Below are positions 50,201 to 63,159 of a DNA stretch of 64,000 bases, piece after piece. Position 1 is the stretch's first letter. Every line of letters starts with the position of its first letter. Source of the DNA: Callorhinchus milii (lineage: Eukaryota); NCBI RefSeq assembly GCF_018977255.1, contig NW_024704743.1, positions 42,906,001 to 42,970,000 of the forward strand, written 5' to 3'. The position numbers and the translations under genes were made by a program. Below the pieces are notes generated by a model. The model saw only the letters and a list, made by a program, of their open reading frames with translations, searched no databases and was not told the origin of the DNA.

Positions 50201-50849
50201 CTTGTGAAATTCAGCATTTGATTGGTGGAAATGTCTGCCTTGCACCATCACTGAACATATGGAGGGTTCTGATCTGTTATAGCAGCTGTCATGGTTCACA
50301 CCGACATTGCAAGTCAGCAAGAGGTGCTTGCTAGGAGTGAGAATCACTGGTTTTCAGCCGAAGCTGTCACGTTAACATCATGGACTGCATCAAGCAGCCA
50401 AGTGCGGCCTCAGAAAAGGGAAGGTTAAACTAATTACTCCTTTTTTCGGAATGCTCAGAGCTCCGAAGATGGTGTCTTCGTATGAAATATTTAACCAATC
50501 TCACTAATAAGATGGAATATTCTTCTTGAAAACTGAAGTCATTCCTTTAAAAAATTACATATCCCCAACAATTATTAAAATACATGTATATAAAGGTTTT
50601 ATTTTAAGCAGCTGTAATTAGGATTCTATTATGGGTTTTAGATAAAATCCTGTGAAAATATGTCACTGAATCTAGGCTGTCACTCCAGTGCAGCACTGGA
50701 GAAACAATGCAGAGTCAGAAATGCCATCTTTTGGATGGGATCCTGAGCCAAACTGCTTTCTGCGTGTTCAGGTGATGCTAAAGATCCTACGGCACTAATT
50801 GAAAAAGAAGGGAGTTTATCTCAATATCCTGGCCAACAATCCTCCAGAT

Positions 50850-51008
50850 AATAATCATAATCATAAAATCATAAAATCACAGAATCATTGAATCATAGAA
50901 TATTACAGCCCAGAAGGAGGCCATTCGGCCCATTGTGCCTGTGCCAGCTCTTTGTTTGGAAGAGCTACCCAATCAGTCCCACTCCCCCGCTCTTTCCACA
51001 TACCTTGC
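50850..51008 (-). mobile_element. CR1 3' terminus with ATTCTATG-like repeat tail
   Basis: Repeats of atcataaa/atcataga followed by aggaggccattcggcccatt. Reverse complement of 63860-63970. Confidence 0.75.
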
Positions 51009-51319
51009 AAATAATAATAATCTTTGCATTTAATATAGCGCCTTATCACATTGTTGAGACGTCTCAAAGCGGGTCAGCCAATTGTGCACAGCAGTGTTCC
51101 ACAAACAGTCTTGGACTGAGTGACCAAATTATTTTATTTACTTTATACAAGGATTATTACCCCTGGAAAGCGACCCACCAACATTCACTTGGACAGGTAG
51201 ATGGGACCTTGGTTTAACATCTCAGCTGAAGGACTGCATCTCTGATAATGCAGCACACCCATTGGAGTGTCATCATGGACAATATGGGTTCAAAGTCCCA
51301 TCATGAGTCTTGAACCCTC

Positions 51320-51350
<31 letters not shown>

Positions 51351-52943
51351 AACTGAACCAGGCTGACAAGATGAAGTAGCCAGTTTCTGATAGTTAAAAA
51401 AAACAGTTTACAAAATATCCTTTATATTTGTTACGAAGAACCTCAAAAGCAGTAAAACAAATGGTGTAGGAGGGGGAAATAAAAACAGAAAAATTCTGTA
51501 AGTGCACATCTGAACATGAACAAGAGGTTAATGGTTCAGGACAGGGCCCTTCCTTACAAGAGAACCTGGAAGAGGAGGACATTATGCTTAGAAACAAGAC
51601 AGAGAAGACATTAGAAGGAAATTTAAAAGTGAAACACACTCACTCAGAGACTGGAAGGGAACTAATGGGTGATTAACAGACAGCGAAATGGTGGAAAAGG
51701 TACAAATAAGTAGCACATAGAGCAAAGCCAAGAATGTGTGAAATTCCAGTAAAAATATATAAAACAGTCATATCCTGCGAAGAGCTTTGGGATGTCTTCC
51801 TGATGTGAAAGGTGCTGCACCAAATGTAAGGATTTTTATTATTAGGATTATTATTGAAAAATCACTGAGGAGGAATGAGAAAACAAGGAAGGGATTAGAA
51901 ACGTGTAAGAAGGATGTAAATCTGAAATAAACCCAGAAAGCACTGAAATCATACAACAGCCACATTGATATCTGACAGAGAGAGAGAGCGATCGATAACC
52001 ATTAGTGTTAATCAATACCCCTGCCCCCAAATGCTGACACACCCAGTACACAAATTCAAACAGTTACTCTCGTAACGTTTGAAGATATTAAAGCCAATGG
52101 AGTACTTTTCGCAATACTTAGCACATTAGATATTCCCTGGATGTATTGAAGGTTGATCCCCCTGAAGCAATCTTTGAGCTAGATATCCAATGGCTCTGGC
52201 CACAATTTCACACGTGTTGCTATTGAAGATGGTGTGAATTGAACAACACTGAGCCATTCAATATAATAATACATTTTGAATGTTAAAGTGCTCCAATATT
52301 GGGAGTCTGCCACTGAAAAATTCCCAAGATAAAGCCGGGACTCTGCTCCTGAAGCAGATCCACGGATTTCACAATTAGGTAATGGGCCATTGTGTGTATA
52401 AACCAGAGTGCTTCCACATTTTTTTAAATGCTTTATTTTCTTGTTCAAGAGCGCTACCACTGAGCTAAACCATTCAGATGCTGATTGTCTGCCACAGATT
52501 AGATTCCCAGCGTTTGTTGGTTTGATTCAGAGTTCCAGTGCTCAACAATTTGTGGTTTATTAAAATTAGGCAGTGACGTACTTGGGTCAGAACTGGGAGG
52601 TAGGGGACTGAAGCAGAACCAGATAAAACTGAAAGAAATTTTCCTTCTAGGGTAGAAATTCCCTTGAAGATGCAGGTCCTCGCACAATCCCACGTTTTTA
52701 CCATTTACGATTAAGTACGTAAGGTTTAATGTGGGATTTAATATGCCTTTTTTGGATGCAGCACAAATAGTTCTTGGGAAGTAACTTCTTGAACCAGAGC
52801 ACATGCACTTATTCCACCAAGGAACAGTGACATGCACATGCGATTATTTATGGCTGCATTTGTTACTAGTTTTGTTATGATAAATCACTATGCAAAGTAT
52901 TCCATTGGATAGGCCACTGCTTTTGAGAGAGAACATATGACAC

Positions 52944-53531
52944 TAATAATAATAATAATTATTATAATCCTTGCATTTGATATAACAACAACTTGCACTT
53001 GTATAGCGCCCTCCAAGCAGGGTAGTGTCTCAGAACGCTTAACAGTGGCAGAGCCTGACTCCGAGCCATTGGGGGTGGGTGGGGAGGTACCCGTAAGCAC
53101 GGTCAAAAAGGTTTTCAGGCAGGACATGAAAAAGGGGGAGAGGGGGCAAGGCGGAGGGATTGAGGAAGAGCGTTCCACATGTGATATAGTGCCTTATCAC
53201 ATCTTCGAGCTTCACAGAATATACTGCAAAGTGAATTGAATGTATATTTTGTGGGTGAAACGCGGCAGCCAATTGCTCAAAGCAGTGTCCCACAAACTGT
53301 TGAAGATTGAGTGACCACATTTTTAAAAAAATGTTCTTTTTTTTGAAGGGATTATTACCCCCGGAAAAGTGATCCCCCAATCGACTAACAACCGGGTTCC
53401 TATTTACTGCTAGTTGACCAAAGTCATGTGAAGTAAGGAAACTTGCCCAATGTTTTGCCCTGCCCTGGCAATCGAACCCAGGTCCTCTCGCTTGCGAGGC
53501 GAGTGCTCTAACCACTGAGCTTCAGGACTCT
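52944..53531 (-). mobile_element. Full-length SINE (long variant) interrupted by an L2-type 3' end at 52985-53181
   Basis: The insert is flanked by TSD TGATATA (52978-52984 and 53182-53188) and has an (AAC)n tail. Confidence 0.85.
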
Positions 53532-55499
53532 ACATATCACTTGATCACTGCACTGCTTGTGAAACATTGGCATTATTGGTACTGTTACCAACATGTCTCA
53601 TAGCACTTTACCACAATCAACAACAACAAAATTACAATTTTAAAGTGCCTTTCACATCAGGAAGACATTCCAAGGTGCTGGAGAGCAATCACTCTCACAT
53701 GAACTGTTTTTTTGTAAGCAAGCAACAAAGTTCCATAAACAGGTGGTGAATGATCAATTTGTTAGTGGGATTGTTAGTTAGAACTCCAGGAGAAATCTCC
53801 TACTCTTTTGAATAGTGTCATAGGATCTTTACCATCCACAGATAGACGGAATAGTGGTTTAACATTTTATCCGAAGTACAGCACCTCTGACATTGCAGTG
53901 CTCCCCCACTACTGAAATAATTAATAACATTGATCCACTTCCAATATTATTTGTAATAAACAGTTGATTCTATGTTTAATGAGACCAATGACAAGCTACG
54001 TGGTTTTAGTTTATTAAACTCCAGTAAAGTACACTCTGGGGTCCCCAAGTCTTGGCACTCGCTAACTGAACCTAATACTTAGATAAGTAGGGTGAATCCG
54101 TCCAAAGAGAGAGAGAGAGAGTGTGCATATTCCATTCCAGACAAAAGTTTCCATGTGTACTTGATATACATATGTGGAACTTTTAGTCTGGTTTACACCC
54201 CCCGGCTCAGAGTCAGGCTCTGCCACAGTTAAGCGCTCTGAGGCGCTATCCTGCGTGCAAGTTGTTGTTGTTGCTGACACTTTCCGCCTGTGTCAGACAC
54301 CCGGCTGACAAAAAAAAATGCATTATATCAAGTGAGATTCTTCACAATTTTCACCCTTATGTAGCTTGAGACCATCTGAAACAAACTGCGCAACTTTGGA
54401 TAGTTTATGGAACAAATTCGAACCACAGTTTATCTGTGCTACATTTTCCATAATGTACAAGACATCTAAAGAAAATGCAACCAAGAAATATGAAAGATGA
54501 TGGATTTGTGGTAGTGATATTTGGAGGACGCACATCAGGAACTCAATGATTTTAGGAAAACCAGTGAATGACACTTGTCACTGATGACAATTATGTCCAG
54601 TAATGTCAAAAAAAAAAATTCTGTAACCACCAATCTATGGTATACTTATTTACTGCAGTTATGGGAATTATTTCATGTTGCCTTTTTGGATGAATTTACC
54701 CTTTAATTATATGCAGTGATGTCATGTTCCAGGTTATATTTATGCTATTTATGTAGCATTTTGGTCCGTTGAGAACTCAGCATGTTCTTAGATACAGCCT
54801 TAACATGGAAGCTATTTTTCTGTAAATTCTTTTAACTAAGAAAAACAACTTTAAAGCTAAGACTGAATTCAGCAATTTGTTGAATTCTGGGCACCTTAAA
54901 ATGCAACTTAAATAGAATGAATCCAGAACCAGAGGGAATTTTTCCCCATAACTGCTCAGAGAAATTTTAAACTGGGAATTTTAAACTTTAGATTGTTTAA
55001 TCTAGGATCAGGTGGGACTCTTATTAAAGCTATTGACAGACAAGTTTCAATCTGGACTGGATTCAACCCACAGCTGACAGTGGGCCAACAAACTGCATTG
55101 CCATGGTTAAAACATTAAAAATATATTTTAACTAGTATGTTGGTCCTTTATAGCAGTGGTTTTCTGTAGAATGATTCATATTGGAAAGTTGCTGCAGCCT
55201 CGGATAAATCTAAGGATAGTCATTACCAGTGCTTGTACTATCACAAAACTTGCAGTGACAGAGTTTGCCACAATGAAATGCGTGTGCATGTAACTCATTG
55301 AGGATATTAATTAAGAACATGTAAAGAACATGCAATTTTACAACACCTTATGTCAAAACATTGAAAGTGGTTTATGTGTCAGCCTGGCTCAGTTGGTAGC
55401 TCTCGCCTCTGAGCCAGAATGTTCAAGCGTGGTCTACATTTGAACTTTGAGTTCACAGTTTAGGATGATTATTGGAGGTGCCGAGTGTGGTAGCAGATG

Positions 55500-55810
55500 T
55501 TAATAATAATCCTTGCATTTGATATGGCACTTTTCACGTCTTCTAGATGTCTCAAAGCACTTCACAGAATATACTGAAAATTGAATTGACTGTATATTTG
55601 TGGGCGAAACACAGTAGCCAATTGCGCAAAGCAGTGTCCCACAAACAGTTGTGGATTGAAGTGACCAATTTATTATTGTTTTTTTTCTTGAGGGATTATT
55701 ATCAGGCAAGTGGAGTAAAAAAACTTGCCCAAGATTTCGAACTGCTGGGAATCAAACCCAGGTCTCTCACCTACGAGGCAAGCGCTCTAACCACTGAGCT
55801 ACAGGACTCC
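55500..55810 (-). mobile_element. Full-length SINE (short variant) nested in an older DeuSINE (about 55376-56030, +)
   Basis: Reverse complement begins GGAGTCCTGTAGCTCAGTGG. The flanks join into the older DeuSINE. Confidence 0.88.
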
Positions 55811-57036
55811 TGAAATGTTAAACTGAAGTCCCATTTGCCTAGTCAGGTGACATTAATCCCATGCCACTATTCAAAAAGGGAGATTCTCCTGGTGTTCTGG
55901 ACAATATACAGTACGTTTACATTTAAATAGAGGCATTCACGATGGGAAGTTGCCCCAAGGCGCAAATTGGCTGCTGTATTCGCCTACAAAATACACAGTC
56001 ACTACACATTACAATGAATCCTCAAATCCATGAGATGAATGACTAATTTTATCTGATAGATTGTTTGCCAGAAATGGAGAAAGCCCTTTTGTCCGAACCC
56101 TAATGAGGACTTCAGACCCCCTATCTCCTGGATGATAGTCCTCTGAGATACTTCCTATATCGTAAATCAATTGAGCAAATATCTCCATTATTCAAATCCC
56201 ACTTACTTTTCTCGGGCAAGAGGTGCAGATCAATCACATAAAATTAATCATAACGCATACTCAGGAATGATTGTGAGACACTAATATCACATGCTATACT
56301 TGACCTGAGTCGGGAGATATATCTGATTCGAAGTCTGTTGCACATTATATTATTTTTTGATGGTGAACTGTATATAATGCAAGTTGTTGTTTGAGTTTGG
56401 CTTTATACTGCTTACTTTCCATGTTTTGGGCACAGTTATGGCATAGGGCTGCTGTGCTTACAGCTGTGCCCTTGCTCTTGGTGAGAATGAAAGCACATCT
56501 GTTCAGCTTATTTATAAACTATTAATACCTCATGGGAGCATGTTTCTGGCTGGGTTGTTACCTTTTGTATGTGGAATAAGGAATACATTCTATATCTGTG
56601 AGTTGACAAGCATGCATCTCATGCAGCAATGAATCTAGAAATGGTCACAGATGCCCAGAAATATTTAAAACAAGTAATACGACCCTACTCCCCAGGCACT
56701 AACTCTGATCTATCAATTCTAGGCTGCTTTGTGGCCCCCACCCCAGTATTGGTGGGTGAACTTTCAGTGACTTTGTCCCCACTCTCTGTAAGTCGCTTCC
56801 AAATTCTCTCCACCCTGCCCCTCCCTCTATACTTTCAAAACCCATCTAAAGATCTATATCTGGCTGTGCCTTCAGTCACTAGACATCTATCCTCCATTTC
56901 CTTCCAGTTCAGCCTCCAACTCAGTGGTTTAAGATATTCTCCCTTTGTAAAATATGCCATATAAGTGGAAATGACTCTGTTAACTCAATAAGAATCAAAG
57001 TTTGAGCCTTTCTGTGTGCAGTAAAAAGAGGTACTC

Positions 57037-57042
57037 TTTATT
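57037..57042 (-). terminator. Candidate PIGN polyadenylation signal
   Basis: Minus-strand AATAAA preceded by TGTA motifs and AU-rich sequence, about 1.3 kb after the PIGN stop. Confidence 0.55.
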
Positions 57043-58359
57043 ACACAAGTAAATTAATAGAGTCGAATGTAAAAATTGTACACATTGTTCACATGCAAAG
57101 CGCTAGTAACTGCACCTCCCTGGAAAGTGCCTAAATTTAACAGCAGGGCACATTACATAAATATGCAATCAACTCTAATATTATCCCATTTAATGAATAA
57201 TTAATAATAGCATTTAAAGAATATTTCAATAATACAATTAAATAACAGCATTTCATTATGGCACATCTGCAAAGGTTGTAGTGGTATTTAGATTACAGAT
57301 AACTCCACATCCCATAAATTCACCACATTCTTAAACGTTTGATTACATTATCGAGCATATCAAAGTACAAACAAATAAATATAAAAATAATCTTTAAATA
57401 GGCTTACTTATAGAAAATAAGTCCACTTTGCCACTTAAAAATGATTGTTGTCCTCTTATTCAAAAATGTACATTTTCTAATCAGCAAGTTGCCAGCAACG
57501 CTTCTCTCTTGTTTAGATTGTTTTTGGTTAGTGACTATGGAAACCCACCACCATACTTAAGAGTATCCAAACCTGACAGAGTGCCACATAAACAGTATAT
57601 GTCACCTATGCCTGGAAATTTCCGTGTCTGGAATGGTATGATAGTGTCTTCTTCGAGGGATGCACCCTGCTTACCTGTAGAGTAATAGGCGCAGGTTGGC
57701 AAGGACTAAGAACCTTAAAGTGTGTGTTGGGGTACTGGAGTTTTTCCAGCTAAAAAAATACATTGAGCATTGCCATTTAGAGTCTTCTGGTAAGCTTCCT
57801 GCTCTTTGTCTAGCCGATAGGACTTTAGGTTGTAGGGTTAATAGGAGCCAAGGTGGAAGGATCCCTGTCTCTCCCCCACTATCCCCACCCCAAGTGATTG
57901 CACTGCCCCTCCTTGTGACTGTCTGGTTTGTCATCAGCAGTGCCCTGGAGTACAGCAGATCCACTTGGCTCAGGAACTAGAATACCGGGAGCATCACAAA
58001 GGGTTGGCTCATCTCGGCTGTGTAATGCACATCACCTTGAAGCCAGCAAAGCTCATCACTGAATACATGTAATTCCATAGAGTGTAAGTCTGTCACTGGT
58101 TCTCAGTAAAACCGCCGATACAAAGAGTACCAAGTTATTTACTTTGGTCTTCAATTGCCAATTTAAAGCAGCCTGCACATTAATATGATTTTAATCAGAC
58201 TTTAAAACAAACCCACAGTTGCTTTTAGGGCCCCCCAGCCCTAACCCCATGGTTAATAACATCATCTAATTACTTTTCATCGACTTAACCTAAAATAGTT
58301 TCCTGGTGTAAAATAAATTCCAGTTCAACTGTTTGCATTGCACTACAGATCACTGACAT

Positions 58360-58483
58360 TTACAGAAAATGCCATTTAATTTTCTCTGGAAGTCTAATTC
58401 TCTGGGTGGTCAGAATGTCTGCCAGTCGACTCAGAAACATGAGAAAGATGGTCATGGACATCACAATGACATAATGACTGATG
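58360..58483 (-). CDS. PIGN: GPI ethanolamine phosphate transferase 1, last coding exon (124 bp)
   Basis: Minus strand ttctctctgttacag|c then [40 protein letters not shown], which matches the PIGN C-terminus as I recall it. Confidence 0.93.
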
Positions 58484-58849
58484 CTGTAACAGAGAGAAAG
58501 AACAATCACCACCATACATACTTCTCAGATTCAGAAGAAACTACTTCTTTGCAATGCAGATTCTAAATCGAACAGTATATTCATCTGGTCATAATAAGAC
58601 TCATTTTTGATCACTCCTCCCAGAAAAGAACAGAAAGTAATTGTGTATGATACTTTGCAACATATCAGAAGAATTATCATCAAATAAACCAAATGTGGTT
58701 CAATGACCTAAGTGCACCCATCTTTACATGTTGTTAGTTGTAAGGCCCTGAAAACAGAGGGTGGGAGAGTCCACATGAAGATAGTACATTTTGCATGGTC
58801 TGTAAAAGGGTGCATAATTAAAAACTATTTCTGCAAGTAAGAGATTTGA

Positions 58850-59190
58850 GAACAACAAGACATAAATTTAAGATAAGCAAAAGCATGAAAGGGAAAGTTG
58901 GGGGAAATAGAGGGTTGTCAAGAGTATGGAATGAAATAAAGATCTCCCAGAGGGTTGTCAAGAGTATGGAATGAATTACCGGGGTGACTATTGGGGTAGA
59001 GTCTTTTGGGTGTTTAAAAGCAATTAGATTCCTTGTATGTCTTATATGGAGGAAGGGTATTGGAGGGTGCAAGGAAAGAGCAGGGGATTTGGATAAGGAA
59101 ACAGATGGCTTCAGTGGAGTAATAAACGCCGATAATAATACAGTAGGTTGAATGGCTTCCTACTGTGTCATAGATTTCTATGTTTATGTT
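58850..59190 (+). mobile_element. Decayed CR1 3' fragment in a PIGN intron
   Basis: cataaatttaagata...agagggttgtcaagagtatggaatgaattacc...gaatggcttcctactgtg. Confidence 0.6.
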
Positions 59191-61507
59191 CTTAAATGTC
59201 GTGTGAAAATTAATGGTACGGAGGTATTGAATCCACTTTAATGCAGGCATTCATATCAGGATTCATCTACTACTCGCCTCATGGGGGGGAGAAGAAAACA
59301 ATGTGCAATCCTAACATCACAACACACACTGTAATTACCTTATACAGTACTTATATACCAGCAGCATAATTCCCTTAGCCCACACATAATAAAATACAAC
59401 AGTCAGTGTGACTCATGTGGCATCGAAAGGCTCAGTGAGGAGAGAATGCAGTATGTCGCTAGAATTATCAGGGAGGAAAATTCTCTCTTCCCCTAACTGA
59501 ATAAAGCAAGCCCCAAAGTAATGTTCTAAACAACTCATTTATTTTTGTACATTTGCAATCAGATGTACAAAAATAAATGAATACATAAAGTTTTTTTTAA
59601 AATCATGGGGCAGTAATATCGTTACTGAGTAAAACGCTCCACCAAAATCTATAAAACGCACATGAATGCACACAGATTATAAGGTAATCAAAACTTTCCC
59701 TTGAAAGTGTGATTGACAGCATATATGTAAGCACTTTATAAGACAACTAAACAATCAAGTTGCCAATAGCAACTTTTAATGTTTGTTACAGAGGTGGGGT
59801 GTGGTACTAATTCTGTCTGTACAGTAAGTTGGTTTCATTAATTCATGACAGTGTAAATTAGATTGCAACCCTCTATATACCATTTATCAGGTACTGTGCA
59901 TTTGATCCTTTCATACATTGGTTCTAGAATCACAGAAAATTATGCCCCACTATTGAAACAGAGAAAATAAGAAACCAAAATCTAATATCACATAATTTTG
60001 AACTTTACTGTAAATAACAAACAGGAACAAGCTCCATAATATGCATACTTGCACCAAAAAGGCATATTTATGATTTTGGGTGAATATTTGCATTCACCAG
60101 TGCAAGGGATTTCAGTGTTGAAAATGGAATACTTCCTCCACTTTTGTCACTTAGTCACAGCACCAGGCACTCCCAGGTCAGATATAGTAAGATCCAATTT
60201 AGAAAAATGGTTCCTCTAACCTACTTCACCAACCAGCAAAACACGCTTTGGCTTGCAAGTTTAACAGTAGCTGAGTGGGAAGAGTCCCTGCCATCCGTGA
60301 CTAGTTTGCCCTTCCAAGTCCTGCTGACAAGCAAGTCTGGCTAGGCTGTCAATCAGCAGTGCCCTGGAATACTGCAGACCCGCCTGGCTCAGGAACTGGA
60401 CTACTGAGACGGTTGCTTGATTCTGACATTCCATTGCCAAACATGTCACCTTGGAGCCAGTTCAGCTGAACATCATCTCCAAGGAGACCTTGCTTACCTC
60501 TCTCAGAAGGATAGTCACTAGTTGGTCATTTGACATCCTACAAGCATGAGTTTGAGCCAACTATTTGGTCAAAATTATCCTTTAACATTCTGTTGGTAAA
60601 TATTTTCATTTTTAATGAAGTGTGTTGATGACTTCAACAGAGGCACTGGGCTTCAGTTATTGAATTTATCAGACGGTCTTCAATCATGGGTACATCAGCT
60701 GCATGTTTTCCCTGTGTTTTACTGCTTGGAGTTCGTGCAATCACACCATCTCTATTCTGATATATTTGTTATTTTCTCAAATATTTATTCTGGTAACTCA
60801 ACTGTAACTGCAAACATTACCATCATGGTTAAACTGAAGTCAGCAGGGTGGTTCTTAAGTATTAAATTGACAAGGCATTTGATGCTATGTTCTCAGGCCA
60901 AATCACTTCAAATAGAACTGCTGGTTATGAGGTTTTGCATTCATAAGCTCTATTTAATAATTTTACGTCAAGCAATTCTGTAAGTTCAGTTTTGTATATT
61001 TATAGATTTACAAATTTACAAGCATTATTTAGCTTAAGTTAACAACAGGAGCATCAGTACATAGCTGTACAGGAAATCCCACATATCAACATCCTTTCTG
61101 GTTTCTGAATCTGAGGCTTTGAGCCAAATATATGTAACTTTGGTCAACTTCATAACAGTGGTTGGCCTATTAATTACCTTTTCCACCTCCCCTCATCCCG
61201 TCAATCAGAATCAAGAGCCACAAAGATATGATCTTCCAAGATTTCCTATGGAATGAGAGCTGTATAACTTCTTGCAGGGAGGAAAGACCAGAAATAGCAG
61301 GTCTCCAAAAGGAAGAAAAACATCCAAATACTTATTGAAGAAGATTTTTTTTCTAAAAGTTCTTTATTTGGCTAACACACCACATGACATGGTATAATTT
61401 CAGAAAAATTTCTGGTTTGATACTTGGGCTAGTCAATCTCAGCCAGTTGGCTTCAGTGTACCGTCTGGGAAAAGGGGGCAAATATGTTTAGCATAAGATT
61501 CCCATAC

Positions 61508-61560
61508 CTTGTTCCGATATCCAGCCAACTTCCATAGTCTTTTACCAAAAAGAAGAAATG
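61508..61560 (-). CDS. PIGN: PIGN penultimate coding exon (53 bp)
   Basis: ttacag|HFFFLVKDYGSWLDIGT+AG|gtatgg. The phase-2 end joins the last exon to form a Ser codon. Confidence 0.95.
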
Positions 61561-62794
61561 CTGTAATTGTAAAATTTATAAACAGATTCCATTAGATACA
61601 ACCATCACTGAACCATTGTAGAAAGCTTGACAATTTTCAGTCGACTAACTTTAGTTGAATAGGTCTGACTTTTCTACATTGAGGCATCCTTCACTTGGGA
61701 ACAGTTACAAATTGTGAACAAAATAATTCTATTGTAGATAAGCTGCACACACTTGGTCAATCACATTGATCAATGTCAAAGCCAGCCCTGCCAGACTGAC
61801 CATCCAATGAAACAACCAGCTCTCACTAACAAAAGTGCAGTTCAACATCAGATATAGAATGGGAGGGATGAGATTCATCTTATTCTTCCTTTTGAAAAAA
61901 ATACTCGTATTCTGTACTTTCCATTGTTAAACAAGTGAGGTGCTTTTGTAAATTCTCTCTCCATACAAAAATGTTTCTTTCAAAATATCCTCAACGTTTC
62001 CTGCAATTTACATCCCGTGCCCCCCACAAACATTCCCTATATCTTTACCATTATCAATTTACAACCACAGAATATTCCTTCATTCCAGAGATTATTCTTT
62101 CATATTTACCCACTGAAACCTTTCAGAATTTCAAAACGTTTGTTTTGATCCCCTCAATTGTAGTGGTCAGTGGGATCAATGATCACTTTTGGGTTGAATT
62201 TTATGCTCACCTGGGAGAAAGATTTTAGAGCCAGAGAATTTCCCATTTAGGGCATTCATTGTCAGCATCAACTCAGGTAGGACACATTGAGGATAAAGCT
62301 GCCTCTGCTACATCCAACAATACATCTCAGCATGAATTATTGTGCTGGTGTGACAATTTTCACTTCTCCTGTCCTGTGTTTTATGTTTTCTGCAAGTTTA
62401 ATGGCAAATTATGTACCTCTGTCTACAAGGAACTTGAAACATTGATGTTTAAAGAGCCTCATTTCAATTTATTTGGTAAGAAACTAAAAATATGTAGCAC
62501 AAACTAAATTCTGGCAACATCATCATAGGCCCACCATTATTTATTACAAGGACTCTAGCAATTTAAAGAGAAAGACTCGCATCTTTTTAGTACAGCAAGA
62601 AATGCGCAATATTGCTGGCCATGCCAGCATCGTTTACATCCCGAAATGAGTAAAATGAAATGTTAGCAAGTATTATCAATTTATACAACATATTAAAAGT
62701 ATTTGTCCACAATAGTACTCTGTGAGCTTTTACAACAACAATGGGGTAACATATCAGAGCGAGTTTAGTTTACCATAATATTTGTCTGACTTAC

Positions 62795-62837
62795 CAAAGC
62801 CATGATGTCCGAGATCACAAGCACAATAAGGAACAAA
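62795..62837 (-). CDS. PIGN: PIGN third-to-last coding exon (43 bp)
   Basis: tttcaaaatag|t LFLIVLVISDIMAL|gtaagt. The phase-0 end joins the 53-bp exon. Confidence 0.93.
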
Positions 62838-63159
62838 CTATTTTGAAAGAATACAAAAAGGCGTTCTTAGGATTTAATACTAACCATAATATTGAAAAAA
62901 ATCTTAATGAAATATCTGGAAAAACACCAATGTTGACATTATTATTGACATTCACTGTACATACCTGTTTGACGATAACTGAGTTGAAACCTGAATACTT
63001 TCAAATGCGCACATTACAATCACAAAAGGAATCAGTATCTGCAAATAAAAAGAATGACTTGAAAATATCTTAAAAATAAAGTATTTGGTTCATATTTCGT
63101 ACCAAAACAAAGTCATATTGTCATTGAATACAAATATTCCAGGCAAGTCACCTATGGTC

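Noticed and set aside
50170..50430. Repeat-free, GC-balanced stretch that could be an exon or conserved element
   Set aside because: I could not identify a convincing splice-site pair or a recognisable peptide. It needs a cross-species alignment.
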